The position numbers and the translations under genes are program-made. Of a stretch of 64,000 nucleotides of DNA, positions 49,309 through 60,115 are shown piece after piece. Origin of the DNA: a virus. Lineage: Duplodnaviria > Caudoviricetes. Position 1 is the stretch's first letter. Every line of letters begins with the position of its first letter. Location: IMG/VR virus record IMGVR_UViG_3300035661_000004. One strand, given 5' to 3'. Under the pieces are notes generated by a model, which saw only the letters and a program-made list of their open reading frames with translations, searched no databases and was not told where the DNA came from.

Positions 49309-49846
49309 GAAAGCGTCGTTGCATGACGCCGGAGGGAGGATCAGTAGTAGCGGCGGCTGCGCGTACGGTCAACCCATGTAGGCAGCTCGGTACGGTCGGA
49401 GAAGTCCACGCGGAAGCACATCTTGCCGGACCAGGACTCCCAGAGCTTGGTCAAGAAGTCGGGCTCGTAGGGCTCGGGCTCCACGGCTTTCTTGGCCTTT
49501 CGCTTGGCCTTCTTCCACTCGCCATAGTGGTAGCTGCCGAAGACAAAGCCGACAACGAAGAGGGAGACCGCTGCCATGAGCGGCAGGACCAGGACGATTG
49601 CGAGCAAGTCGCCGGCGTCAGGCAAAGCTCTGAGTTTCACAAGCGCTGCAACCCAAGCTATGTCATGACCTGCAAGGAAGGCGATGAGGCCGCCGTAGGC
49701 TGTAATGAGCAGAGCCTTGACCGTACCCCAGAACACCCAGTGTGAGTAGGTGCAGATGTCCACCTGCACCTCAGGGTGTAGGTTGGCGCTGTGGTAATAG
49801 AAGGCGAGACGCCCGTGCCAGCTGTTGGCTTTCACAGAGCGTCTCC

Positions 49847-51019
49847 TTAGGCGCGGCCGCGGCGCTTGGCCACGGCGCGGACCATTGCAGAGCGGACCGA
49901 CTTGGTCTCGACCGACAGCTGTTTCAGGTCGCTCTTCGGCACCGGCTTGCCAGTGATCGAGGAGATGTAGGTGCCGTCTTGCTCGAAGGCGATCGTGTAC
50001 TTCTCAGCCGGCAGCGGCCCCTTGGAGTCCTGGAAGCGGACCCAGGCCTTGCCGTTCTTTGCCAGGCCGTAGCCTTCGGCCAGGACCTTCAGCGAAGGCT
50101 TCAGGTTGCCGATGGAGACGGTCTCCTTCGGCTGCGCCACGTTCTTGCGGGCCTTCTGCTTGGCGCCTTCCGGACCTTGCTCCACGAACTTGACTTGCGG
50201 TGCGGCGTCCTTCATGTTCTCGTCGAAGATGAAGGGCTGCAGGAACAGCTCGTCCTTGGCCGCATCGCCCAGAGCTTCGCCGACGACGAAGTACTCGGAG
50301 GCACGACCCTTGGTGTTCTGGTAGTCCGTCGGGATGGCGAACACGAAGCGCGGGTTGACCTTGACGATGACGGTGCGTGAGCTGACATCGCTGCGGTACT
50401 GGCTCAGGTAGGAGCGCGAGCAGAAGTGCAGGCCCACGGAGCAGGTCTGGTGACGGTTGACGTCGACCTTGTCCGGGTCCATGGCGACCAGCTTGCCGGG
50501 GCTGTTGTCCAGCGTGCCGGTGTAGATGTCCTTGAAGTTTCGCGCGACCTTCTTGTAGGCCAGGAAGCAACCGTCCTTCGTGATGGGCATCTTGCCGCTC
50601 ATCAGGAACTGGTACAGCTCCTCGCGGAGGTCCTTCTTCTTGTTACGGCTGATGTTCTGCAGCAGCAGGACCAGCGGCTGAATGGACTCGGCCGTGCTGC
50701 CGTTGCGGACAGAGGCGATGATGCGGTCCACGAGTGGACCGGCGATCTTCTCGGGGCCCTTCGGGCCTTCCCAGTAGAGCTCACCATCAACGAAGCGCAC
50801 GCGAGCGTTAGCGTTGGTGATCGCTTCGGCGACCGTACGCTTGACATTGGCGAGAGCCAGGACTCGGTCGTACTTGCCGGCGCGCAGCTCCTGCTCGATC
50901 AGGTCGAAGTTCGGGTTGGTCGTGTCAACGACCGCCGGCACTCCGTTGACGATCAGGGTCAGACCGACTGCGTTCTTGGTCCAGAAGACCTGCGGCGCGC
51001 TCTTTGCATCGATTGCCAT
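49847..51019 (-). CDS. rIIB: rIIB protein
   Basis: LYQFL...MPITKDGCFLAYKKV...HQTCSVGLHFCS...VKVNP; downstream of rIIA. Confidence 0.9.
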   Translation of the reverse strand: MAIDAKSAPQVFWTKNAVGLTLIVNGVPAVVDTTNPNFDLIEQELRAGKYDRVLALANVKRTVAEAITNANARVRFVDGELYWEGPKGPEKIAGPLVDRIIASVRNGSTAESIQPLVLLLQNISRNKKKDLREELYQFLMSGKMPITKDGCFLAYKKVARNFKDIYTGTLDNSPGKLVAMDPDKVDVNRHQTCSVGLHFCSRSYLSQYRSDVSSRTVIVKVNPRFVFAIPTDYQNTKGRASEYFVVGEALGDAAKDELFLQPFIFDENMKDAAPQVKFVEQGPEGAKQKARKNVAQPKETVSIGNLKPSLKVLAEGYGLAKNGKAWVRFQDSKGPLPAEKYTIAFEQDGTYISSITGKPVPKSDLKQLSVETKSVRSAMVRAVAKRRGRA

Positions 51020-51090
51020 GGCTCTCTCCGTGTTGTGGTATGTGAATTGTATACTGAAGCGGATCCGGTGTAAACAAGTCCGTGATGTAT

Positions 51091-53691
51091 TTAAGCGGTC
51101 AGCAAAGCTTCGGCCCAGTAAGCAGCTTCGGTGTCGCGTCGTGCTTGGGCTTCAGCTTCAGCGATCGTGCGGTCAACACCCACCAAGTAGGCAACAACTT
51201 GGTGGAAGAAGGGCTCCTTGCGATCGTAGAGCTCATCGCCCAGGTGCTCGAGCAGCGGGTAAGCCTTGAGCACGTCGGCAAGGCGCACCTTGCCTTCTAG
51301 CAGGGTTCGCATGTCATCGAACTGACGCTCGATCGTGTGGACCACGTACACGAGCGCCGAGCGCTTCGTGTTGCCGATCAGCGCGCTCTTGACCACGTTT
51401 GTGATGCCCCGCAGCTTAACAAAGACGTTGTTCGGGCCGAGCGGCCCCATCGCCTTGACAAACTTGGATTCATTGATGAAGGCCTTAGCGATCCGCGCGC
51501 CGTCCGACCGGTCAAGGGCGTTTAACCGGCTTTGCATTGCCTTGAGCAAGCCGGCGTCGGCTGTTACCATGTCCTTGATCGGCTTGAGCAGCTCAGCCAT
51601 GTCGACAAGCTCTACGCCTTTGTTCTTGCATTCCTCTTGCTGCCGGTCAGACAGCAAGCCGATCATCAATGGCTTGCCGTCTGTCATGAAAGGCTCGAGC
51701 AAGCCGAGCGTGAACAAGGCGCCGACCAGCTCGTTCTCGATCAACTGCTTGTGCACGCCCAGCGGTTGACCGTGCACGGTGGGCACGTACAGCATTGGCC
51801 GCTTCAGCTCGTGACGTGCATAGTCACGGCTGTGGGTGGGCTTGTAGAAGCTCAGGTTGATCAGGCCATCCAGCTTGTAGAGCTCGCGCTGAATGTGCTT
51901 GCCGGCTTGGTCAACGGGGAAGGTGTACATGTCGAAGCGCTGCTCGATCGTGCCCTTCTGCGCAGGCTTCTTTGCTGCTACGAAGTCACGCTTCGGTGGC
52001 TCAGGGAACTTGAACTTCGGCAGCGTGCTCAGCAGCACGACCTTAGCGCCGTCCGCGATCGTGCCCTTGACATGCTCGCTGAACTTGACCAGAGTGTCCG
52101 CTGCGCTCAAGCCGCCGCCGAAGCCGTCGATGAAGTACAGAGCGGCGCTCTGGTAGGCTCGGATCAGGTCAGGGTCGTTGAACTGTTCAGCGTAGAAGCG
52201 GATGCCTTCCGAGCCACGCTCGCCTAGGTCATTGATGATGAAGGCGATGTTGCCTTCGCGCGTGTACAGGTCAAAGTTGGTGTTTGTGACCTTGTGGCCT
52301 TCATGCAGGTAGTTCGCCGCCCGCCGCTTCATGTTGACGTTCAGCAACGGCTTCGGCTCGAGCGCCGGCGAGAACCAGTCGATCGTGTTGTTCTGGGCAC
52401 CGACCGTGCGCTTGGTCTTCGGGTCAACCGTGCCAGGATGCTCCACCATCACGAAGGAGATCGCCGTCAGGCCGAAGCGCTGCGGCCCCTTGACGTATAT
52501 CTTGTAGTCCGCGGAGATCAACTGGACATTGAATAGCAGGTGCTCTCCCTTGCTGACATGAATGCGGTCGGTGCGCAGCTTGCTCGGCACGACCTCGCGG
52601 CCGTCGGCCAGCTTGAAGGTCTCGCCCATGATGATTTGAGCGACAAACGGGAAGCTTTCGTACAGCAGGCGGTACTTCTCGTTGAACTTCTTGAGGAAAG
52701 CGTTCGGCGAGTCCATGTTGTGCAGGTCCGACTTGGACTTTTCAACCAGCTCGCCAGCGATCCGGTCAAATGCAACGCTCAAGACCTTGCACGTCGGCTC
52801 GTCATAGCTGAGCTCCTCGCGCGAAGCCTGGAAGCTCAAGGCGCCAATGGGGAAGGTGATCGTGATCGGCTGGTTCAGGATGGCGCGAGCGCGATCTGAA
52901 ACACGGGGCAAGGACTGGGCCGTGATGCGGTAGGGCACGCCGCCCATGACGGCGACCGGGCCGGCGTTGTCATGGCTGTACTTGCGGAGGTTCCAGTCGC
53001 TGCCGGTAGAGATCGGGTTGCCGCGGGCCTCTTCGATGGCCTTGACCACCGAGGTATCGCCTTGGAAGGTGGGCAGGTCAGCGGGGTTCCAGTAGCTGTA
53101 GAAGCGGATGATCCGTTGGCGGAAGGCTTTGATGTCATCGATGCGAACCGCGAGCTCGACACGGACGCCGTTAGGCAAGTCAGTAGGAGCTTGGAAGACC
53201 AGCTTGCCGTCCGGCACGCCGCCTTCGTTGATGAAGCAGAAGTACTTGTACTCGACGCCGTTGTATCGGTTGATGACGAGGAACGAGCTCTTCGTGTAGG
53301 CGAACGGGCTCTTCGAGCCGAGGCCGAGAGCGCCGATGGCGTCATTCGTGTGGGTCTTGGTCGATGCGCCGTAGGTCCAGAAGATGTCGACGATGTGGTC
53401 GGGGTCGATGCCCAGGCCGACGTCCTCGACCCAGAAGTTGTTGTCGAGCGTGGTCGGCACGTTGACCATGAAGCCGAACTTGCGAGCAGGATCCGGGTCG
53501 GCGATGGCAGCCATGACCGCGGAGTCACGAGCGTTGCAGCTCAGCTCGCGGATGACGGCCATAATCTTGTCGGTGTAGATGCCGTCCGACAGGATCGCGA
53601 ACATCTTCGGGTTGGACTTCAGCTTGAAGGTCAAGCGGTCATCCTGGGGGAGGTTGCCTTCGAACTTGATCTCTTCCTCGAGCAGCTTCAT
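51091..53691 (-). CDS. rIIA: rIIA protein (N-terminal GHKL ATPase)
   Basis: IRELSCNARDS, VEDVGLGI, YGASTK and IGALGLGSKSPFAYT. Confidence 0.9.
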   Translation of the reverse strand: MKLLEEEIKFEGNLPQDDRLTFKLKSNPKMFAILSDGIYTDKIMAVIRELSCNARDSAVMAAIADPDPARKFGFMVNVPTTLDNNFWVEDVGLGIDPDHIVDIFWTYGASTKTHTNDAIGALGLGSKSPFAYTKSSFLVINRYNGVEYKYFCFINEGGVPDGKLVFQAPTDLPNGVRVELAVRIDDIKAFRQRIIRFYSYWNPADLPTFQGDTSVVKAIEEARGNPISTGSDWNLRKYSHDNAGPVAVMGGVPYRITAQSLPRVSDRARAILNQPITITFPIGALSFQASREELSYDEPTCKVLSVAFDRIAGELVEKSKSDLHNMDSPNAFLKKFNEKYRLLYESFPFVAQIIMGETFKLADGREVVPSKLRTDRIHVSKGEHLLFNVQLISADYKIYVKGPQRFGLTAISFVMVEHPGTVDPKTKRTVGAQNNTIDWFSPALEPKPLLNVNMKRRAANYLHEGHKVTNTNFDLYTREGNIAFIINDLGERGSEGIRFYAEQFNDPDLIRAYQSAALYFIDGFGGGLSAADTLVKFSEHVKGTIADGAKVVLLSTLPKFKFPEPPKRDFVAAKKPAQKGTIEQRFDMYTFPVDQAGKHIQRELYKLDGLINLSFYKPTHSRDYARHELKRPMLYVPTVHGQPLGVHKQLIENELVGALFTLGLLEPFMTDGKPLMIGLLSDRQQEECKNKGVELVDMAELLKPIKDMVTADAGLLKAMQSRLNALDRSDGARIAKAFINESKFVKAMGPLGPNNVFVKLRGITNVVKSALIGNTKRSALVYVVHTIERQFDDMRTLLEGKVRLADVLKAYPLLEHLGDELYDRKEPFFHQVVAYLVGVDRTIAEAEAQARRDTEAAYWAEALLTA

Positions 53692-53899
53692 TTCGCTTCC
53701 TTAAGTATCCGAGTTTCGATAGGAATGATTGTATCCCTTTCAAATGTCCAGGTAAACAGGTCTTGGCTAAATACTTCTATGAAAGACCTGCTGACGCTCC
53801 AGAGCGCAGTGATTGCGCTGCATGAACTCGCTCGGAACATTGATGATCCGGGCGTGGAGGCGCGCATTCGTCGGATCGCCGACAAGCTGCACGAAGTGG

Positions 53900-54352
53900 T
53901 TAAGGAGCTTCGGGAGACGCTCGCTTACTTGCCAGATCAGCCCTGATTCCCATCAGCAGCCGACCTAGCCAGTTTTGACCGACGCCGTCACAGACGCCCC
54001 AGAAGGTGTCACCCCAGTGGTTTCCCTCCACAAGCTCCTCATCACCCGTGGTTAGCAGCATCGCCGCAAGGCCGGTGTTTGAGAACTTGCTTTCAAGGAT
54101 GTCACGCATCACCTGCACCTTGACCAGGTCCCAGTCAGGTCGAAGCGGCAGCTTGCGCCCGAGCCGCTTGACTTGACCCGCTGTCTTTGCTTCAAGGACC
54201 AGGTCCAAGACCGCGGGCCAAAGGTGCGGCTCGACTTTGGCCATGACATAAGCATGCTCCGATGACGGGAAGAGCACGTCCTTGTACTTGACGGTGCAAG
54301 GCCAAAAGTTGCTCAGCCAACGGTGTTCACCCTTGAACTCAGCGATCATCAT
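53900..54352 (-). CDS. NADAR (YbiA-like) ADP-ribose/N-glycosidase
   Basis: WLSNFW, SEHAYVMAK, LVEGNHWGDTFWG and NWLGRLLM. Confidence 0.92.
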   Translation of the reverse strand: MMIAEFKGEHRWLSNFWPCTVKYKDVLFPSSEHAYVMAKVEPHLWPAVLDLVLEAKTAGQVKRLGRKLPLRPDWDLVKVQVMRDILESKFSNTGLAAMLLTTGDEELVEGNHWGDTFWGVCDGVGQNWLGRLLMGIRADLASKRASPEAP

Positions 54353-54773
54353 GCACCTGCTTGTTAAAGTAAGCGTCGAGAGCTTTCTGATGAAGCGGGA
54401 AGCACAGCTTTGACTCGCGTGTCAGCACGCAAAAGCGCCGCACCTCTCGGTTAGGCTTGAGCTCAGCGATCTTCGGCTCGGGAATGCATACTATTGCCTC
54501 GCAGAAGATCAGCACACGGTTTGTAGCCGTAATCTCAGAGTGAGACAGCCTCCACATACTAGGGGAGAAGGAGATGCCTACCTCCTCCGCAAATTCGCGC
54601 GAAGCGGCTTGCTCGATGGACTCAAGCTTGTCGACGTAGCCACCAGGCATCGCCAGCCCGCCTAGCTGTGGCTCGATGCCCCGTTCGATCCCCAGCAGGC
54701 CGATGACATTGAGGTCACTGTCAAGGACTCTTACCATGTTGACCGCGACAGGTGTGGGATTCTCGTAGTTCAT
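54339..54773 (-). CDS. Nudix hydrolase
   Basis: AMPGGYVDKLESIEQAASREFAEEVG. Confidence 0.9.
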   Translation of the reverse strand: MNYENPTPVAVNMVRVLDSDLNVIGLLGIERGIEPQLGGLAMPGGYVDKLESIEQAASREFAEEVGISFSPSMWRLSHSEITATNRVLIFCEAIVCIPEPKIAELKPNREVRRFCVLTRESKLCFPLHQKALDAYFNKQVHDDR

Positions 54774-54915
54774 GCTTGCAGCCTTTGGAGCTTGACGATG
54801 TCCTCGCGGAGCTGTCGAAGCAGCTCCTTGAGCTCATACGCCTGCTTGAGCTGTTGCTCTCGTAGGCGCATCTCCTTGCGGCACAATCTACTCAACCTAT
54901 CGGCCATCACGACGC

Positions 54916-56493
54916 TCAGAATGTAAACACGCCCCAGCCGATATCGATGCTGTTCTCAACCCTTGCGCCGTTGAGGGCCATGATGACATGCGGCACGCTG
55001 GTTTCACCGTCGCCGTCATCGATGTACATCGTCAGCTTGACCGTGCCGCCCCAAAGGTAGGAGGCATGCGCGATCACGTCATTGGCTTGCTCTTCGTTGA
55101 GGGGGCGGTTGTTGACAACGAAGTGCTTCAACCTTAGCACGTCATCGTCGTTTCCGATGACCTGGATGTCAGGCTTGTAGCGCGAGATGTGGTACTGTGC
55201 GGCCAGCTTAGCGCGCAGTTCACGGAAGGACTCAGGACGAGCCACCTCGGTGATTAGGTACTCTTCGTCATAGAGTCCGTGGTCACGGATCGCAAACATC
55301 TCGAGCTTCTTCGCTACCGACGGCGCCAAGAACTGCAGGATGAAGGTCTCATCGGTATAGTTCATCATGGCTTCTTGCAAGACATCCTGCCACGGTTGCC
55401 CCTTCAAGTGGCCGTGGTACGGCTCGTCATCGGGGTCCTTGCAGCCATCCTCGCAGGCAGCCTTGAGGGACATGAAGATCTCAAAGCCGAGCTTGTACGG
55501 GTTGAAGGCGGCTTGCGCACGCTGCGCGATGACGCCCGAGTGCATTCGGAAGAACTCATGCATCGAACCTTCGTCGATTAGGCCCTTGTCATACAGCCTG
55601 TTGAGGATGTAGTAGTGAGTGAAGGTAGCGTAGCCCTCATTCAGCACCTTGGTCTTGCGTTGTGGGTCAAAGTACTGAGCGATCATCCGGTTGATGCGGA
55701 TGAGCTCCTTCTTCCACGCTGGGATCTTGCCGTGCTTCTCGATGAAGTAGAGGAGGTTCTCTTGCGGCTCTGCGAGCAAGCCTTCTTCGTCATCCTCGGC
55801 AGGCGGTGCTTGGTCAGCCTTTGCCTTGTCGACCAAGCCTTTGCCGACCTTCTGCCACACAGCGTCATAGTCATACAGCTGCTGAGCAAAGCGCTCGATG
55901 GCCTTCTTCTCCTCTTGCTCAGAGTTCAGAGCGCGGTTCCGCTTAGCGCTGTCTGTGCCGTACAGGCTCAGTGCATGGCACGCGTCAAGCACCGCTTCGA
56001 CTTCGTCAACGCCGTAGCGCTCTTCGCACATCAAGATGTAACGGCGAGCGAAGCTCAGGTAGCTGACGATGCCCGCCGCGTCCGTGTAGTTCTTGAACAT
56101 GAAGTTGTTCTTGAAGACAGCGGAGTGGCCGATCGATGCGTGCGCGATGACCAACAGTTGGACCAACGCGTTGTTCTCCTCCATCAGGTAGGCGATGCAG
56201 GGATTCGAGTTGATGACGATCTCGTACGCCAGGCCCATGAGGCCCTTCTTGTAGTCTGCCTCCGACTTGACCAGCTCCTTGCCGTATGACCAGTGCGAGT
56301 ACCAGACCGGCAAGCCGCTTGAGGTATAAGCTTCGAGCATCTGTGCGGCCGAGACCACTTCAATCTGAGGCTCGTAGTAGGTCTGGCGCATGTCCTCTTG
56401 CGCGATGACCTTGCACTCCTCCCAGCAGCGTCGGAGGAGCTCTTCATTCCAGTCGGCGCCCGACGTGAACAGGAGCTTGCTATCTTCAGACAT
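54916..56493 (-). CDS. spoVR: SpoVR / YcgB family protein
   Basis: GLP..YSHWSYGK, GLAYEIVINSNPCIAYLME, HASIGHSAVFKNN and KVLNEGYATF. Confidence 0.93.
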   Translation of the reverse strand: MSEDSKLLFTSGADWNEELLRRCWEECKVIAQEDMRQTYYEPQIEVVSAAQMLEAYTSSGLPVWYSHWSYGKELVKSEADYKKGLMGLAYEIVINSNPCIAYLMEENNALVQLLVIAHASIGHSAVFKNNFMFKNYTDAAGIVSYLSFARRYILMCEERYGVDEVEAVLDACHALSLYGTDSAKRNRALNSEQEEKKAIERFAQQLYDYDAVWQKVGKGLVDKAKADQAPPAEDDEEGLLAEPQENLLYFIEKHGKIPAWKKELIRINRMIAQYFDPQRKTKVLNEGYATFTHYYILNRLYDKGLIDEGSMHEFFRMHSGVIAQRAQAAFNPYKLGFEIFMSLKAACEDGCKDPDDEPYHGHLKGQPWQDVLQEAMMNYTDETFILQFLAPSVAKKLEMFAIRDHGLYDEEYLITEVARPESFRELRAKLAAQYHISRYKPDIQVIGNDDDVLRLKHFVVNNRPLNEEQANDVIAHASYLWGGTVKLTMYIDDGDGETSVPHVIMALNGARVENSIDIGWGVFTF

Positions 56494-56896
56494 TGGGACC
56501 CTCCTTGGGGCAGGCGAGATTGAGCTGAGCTTCGCTGATAGAGCCAGGCTCCATCACGATCTTGGTGTTCATCGTGGACTCTTGCACCGCATTTGAGTCG
56601 GCGTCATAAGCCACGAGGAACTTGATGGTAGAGGTGCGGGCCTTGCAGTCATGCTCAGTCCGCGAGACGTAGCTGGTCTTGTCGTCAAGGTTCTCGAGCA
56701 ACGTGAACGTAATGGGAACCTTACCGCCTCGAGCTACCGTGACGTGAGCCAAGAGGTTGTCCTTGCGAAGCTCGACGATGCCATTGCGAACGGTAGCTTG
56801 CGGAGCTGCAACGATCGGATGACTTTCAACATTGATGCTGGCCTCGCAGCCAACAAGGAGCGCTAGGCACCAAAGCCATACTGCGCGACGACGCAT
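56486..56896 (-). CDS. Putative lipoprotein
   Basis: Basic-hydrophobic N-terminus with lipobox LLVGC. Confidence 0.65.
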   Translation of the reverse strand: MRRRAVWLWCLALLVGCEASINVESHPIVAAPQATVRNGIVELRKDNLLAHVTVARGGKVPITFTLLENLDDKTSYVSRTEHDCKARTSTIKFLVAYDADSNAVQESTMNTKIVMEPGSISEAQLNLACPKEGPNV

Positions 56897-57068
56897 TGAA
56901 GTACCTCTTGGGCGTTGATGATCTCGTAATCGGACTTCTTAATCTCGTTGAGGTATGAAGCGAGCGGCTGTTCAGCTCCGAGCATCTTGCCGTTCTCGTC
57001 CCTGGGAACACAAGTGACAAGGGAGCGACCGAAGATGTGCTTGACGGTCAATGCGGTGAGTTGGATTT

Positions 57069-58379
57069 TCATGTCTTGGTGGTGGAGAAGAATGCGTGGA
57101 AAACGCCGAAGATGTCCCGCTCATGGTAGACTTGCTTGGAAGCGTGGTTGGGGTGCGCATCGCTGAGCGCCGAGTAGGTTGACCAGAGGCTATTGCGCGA
57201 GTAGTAGGACGGCGAGCTGTTCTGTGCTCCTTCCTGCTCTACCTGCACGTAGGCGAAGTAGTTGACATACGGCAGGATGTCATCGATCAGCAGCTCGCTG
57301 CAAGTGCCGTTGTCGGTGCCTGTGTTGTCGCCGTCGGAGACCTGCGCAACGTAGATGTTGGTCTTGCCTCTCAGGGACTCGATGCACTTAATTAGCAGGT
57401 CGAGCGCCGACGACACGATCGTGCCGCCGTTCTTGTGGGTGTTGAAGAACTCATCCTCGGGCAGCTCTTCGGCTTCAGTCGTGTGTGAGATGAAGCGCAG
57501 GTCGATCTGATCGTAGTTGCGGTCGAGGAAGAGGTACAGCAGGATGAAGAACTTGCGGGCGATGGTCTTCTCGCGTTCACCCATTGAGCCCGAGTTGTCC
57601 ATCAGCATGAACATCGTAGCATGCGTCTTCGGCACCTTCTTCTCGATTCGAGTCCGAAAGCGGAGGTCAGATGAGTCAAAGAGCGGCAAGACGGTTTTAC
57701 GGCGCAACAGCTCAGCGATCTGGTCACGTAGCTCGAACACGCGCTTCGATGTCGGATGGTCAAGCGGTAGGTCGTTATCGACCATTTCAGCCGTGAGCCT
57801 GTTGAATTCCTCTTCGAGCTCCTTCAACTCAGCGCCGATCATAGCGCCCGAGCTCAAGCGGCGGGCCTTCGAGTTCTTGTAGGAGCGGATCACCGACAGC
57901 CGGTTGGGCGAGCCTGCAACTTGGAAGCCTGCGTTCTCATGCACGGTTTCCGTCTGCTTAGCCAGCAGGGTCTCGAGCATAAACGGCAGCTCGCAGTCCT
58001 CGAAGAGCATGTTGAGGAACTCGTCACGGGACAGCACTATGCTAAACTCGTCCATGCCGTCAGGACCGTCACCTGCCCCACCGCTTTCGCCGCTCTCAGG
58101 CTTAGGCACTGTGTCGTACTCGACCCAGTCCTTGTTGCCTGGCAGGACCGTGTCTTTCATGCCGCCTTCACCGTAAGTGAACTGGGGCTCAGAGAGGTCA
58201 CGCTTGGGAACGGTGACCTTGCCGCCGCCTCCCTTGATCGAGTCGAGCAGCTTGCGATCGCCTAGGATCTTCGGCAGCTGCTCTTTGATTGCACCCTTGT
58301 AGCGCCGCAGCAGCCTGCCGCGATTTTCAGAGGTTCGGTCGCGGTTTGCGGCCTTCCTGCGATCGATGATGATTGCCAT
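57069..58379 (-). CDS. yeaH: YeaH/YhbH (DUF444) VWA-domain protein
   Basis: IIDRR...NR.R.LRRYK, LMDNSGSMG (MIDAS), FISHTTEA, GGTIVSSAL and VSDGDN. Confidence 0.93.
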   Translation of the reverse strand: MAIIIDRRKAANRDRTSENRGRLLRRYKGAIKEQLPKILGDRKLLDSIKGGGGKVTVPKRDLSEPQFTYGEGGMKDTVLPGNKDWVEYDTVPKPESGESGGAGDGPDGMDEFSIVLSRDEFLNMLFEDCELPFMLETLLAKQTETVHENAGFQVAGSPNRLSVIRSYKNSKARRLSSGAMIGAELKELEEEFNRLTAEMVDNDLPLDHPTSKRVFELRDQIAELLRRKTVLPLFDSSDLRFRTRIEKKVPKTHATMFMLMDNSGSMGEREKTIARKFFILLYLFLDRNYDQIDLRFISHTTEAEELPEDEFFNTHKNGGTIVSSALDLLIKCIESLRGKTNIYVAQVSDGDNTGTDNGTCSELLIDDILPYVNYFAYVQVEQEGAQNSSPSYYSRNSLWSTYSALSDAHPNHASKQVYHERDIFGVFHAFFSTTKT

Positions 58380-58416
58380 GGTCTTCCTATTCCTCTGGTA
58401 TGATTGTATCTATTGC

Positions 58417-59097
58417 TTAGACAATCAGTCCCCTTAACCCACGGGGATCAAGCTCACCGTGGTAGTCAAAGTTGTCATTCAGCGCCTGCGTGAGGTGACC
58501 GTCTTGGAAGTAGCGCTGTACAAGAACCTGAATCGGTTGTGCGGCCTCGGCGTCAACCTTCAGCGCAGCGGCTTCAAAAATCTTGAGCAAGTGAAGGAAC
58601 GCTGGGATGAAGATGCCTGAGCAAGTCAGCGAGCTGTTGCCAGCAACGTTGAGCGTGAAGTCCTCGCGATCGGCGATCTCAGCAAGCAGCCAAGCGACAG
58701 CGGCGTTGACCGTGTCTTGCTTGACCATTGTTCGCCACCCGTCACCACCTAGCACGAGCTTGTAGATCGGCTTCTGCGAGGTCTCTGCTGCGGCGATTGT
58801 TAGCCTTGTGCCGCTCGACTCCATGTCGTGCGCGATGATAAGCGTTGCGTCGCTCTCCTGCACGTTCTTGCGAGTGCGGTAGCTATAGCCACCGTGGCAT
58901 TCGGTCAGGCCGAATGTCTTTGCCAGCGCAGGCTTGCCGCCGGCTGTGGTTTTAAAGCCAGTCGGGGCGAGGCCACCTGTGCGAAGGCCTACGCATTGTG
59001 CGGCTCGCAGGCCTGCGAGGTCAACCCCGGTTTGGCCGCCAGTTACGACGCGGAGATTGTGCTTCGTCGAGAGGGGGTTGTGCATGCGCGAGTCCAT
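58417..59097 (-). CDS. SLOG-superfamily protein (putative molybdenum carrier / cpYpsA-like)
   Basis: VVTGGQTGVDLAGLRAA, RTRKNVQESDATL and LNVAGN; start uncertain. Confidence 0.8.
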   Translation of the reverse strand: MDSRMHNPLSTKHNLRVVTGGQTGVDLAGLRAAQCVGLRTGGLAPTGFKTTAGGKPALAKTFGLTECHGGYSYRTRKNVQESDATLIIAHDMESSGTRLTIAAAETSQKPIYKLVLGGDGWRTMVKQDTVNAAVAWLLAEIADREDFTLNVAGNSSLTCSGIFIPAFLHLLKIFEAAALKVDAEAAQPIQVLVQRYFQDGHLTQALNDNFDYHGELDPRGLRGLIV

Positions 59098-60115
59098 TGT
59101 TCCAATTTTCGATTGCTGCTGTACGCGTGGGTCCTCGAGCTTCAACGTCACAGCCACCTTCTGGAAAGGAACAGCAGACAAGCCAAGTGCCGTCACGGCC
59201 AGCAGGGTAGGTAGTGTCAGAGAGGTCCTCGCTGGGCACACGCCCACAGTGCGAGCAGGGTGCGATCAGCTCAGCCTCAAGCTCGTCGAGCTCAGCGAGC
59301 AACGATTCTAGCTGGCTATTCATGCCCTCGAGCTGCAGTTCATGCAACCGAGGGTCTACGTCTTCTGGGCAGCTAGCTTGACAGTCGGCGATGGCTAGCT
59401 TGAAGCTCCTAGCCGCGTCAACGGTTAGGTAATGCCGGTCGTACTTTACATCTGAGTGCATTGAGCGATGCGAACTTGGGAGCCGGTGCCTTCGATGTTC
59501 AGCCTCAGCTGCTTGAGAGCGGCTTCGCATCGGTCCTTGGACCCATGCTGTTGCTGAATCGTGGCCGTGGTCAGCTGACTGTTGGACGGACCTTGAACGG
59601 TAGACATGAAGGTGACGACAAAGATGAGGATGTACATGGCGATCTCCTAAGACATTGCCAATTGTATCACATCCTCAATCTCCAGAGCCGTCGTAGCTTT
59701 TGTAACGGCCAAGCATGATGTTGACACATGCGGCGAGGGCGCCGACTATGATGACGCCTAAGGCGGCGACGGTGAGGAGGGTTGTGTTGCTCATTTCCAG
59801 AGTCCTTCTTTGATGTAGTGATCCCTCAAGTCCTCATAGGTCTTGTAGGGGCTTGCATAGAGGTACTCCTCCAGCTTGTCGCGGAGCGGAATCGTTTCGA
59901 TCCGCAGCTCAGTGGTAGCCTTGCCGTTCTTCCACTGGCGTGGATAGTTCGTGTCATCCATCAGCACGTAGCTGCCGTAGGGGACTACGTTCGCCTTAGT
60001 GCAAGCGATGTAGGCCCTACGAGCAAGGTCGCTCGTAGGGAAGACAAGGGCAGGCCACTCCCGAGAGCCTGTGCCCCAGCTGCCTGGGACGTCGTCATAC
60101 TGGAGTGGCATAGCT

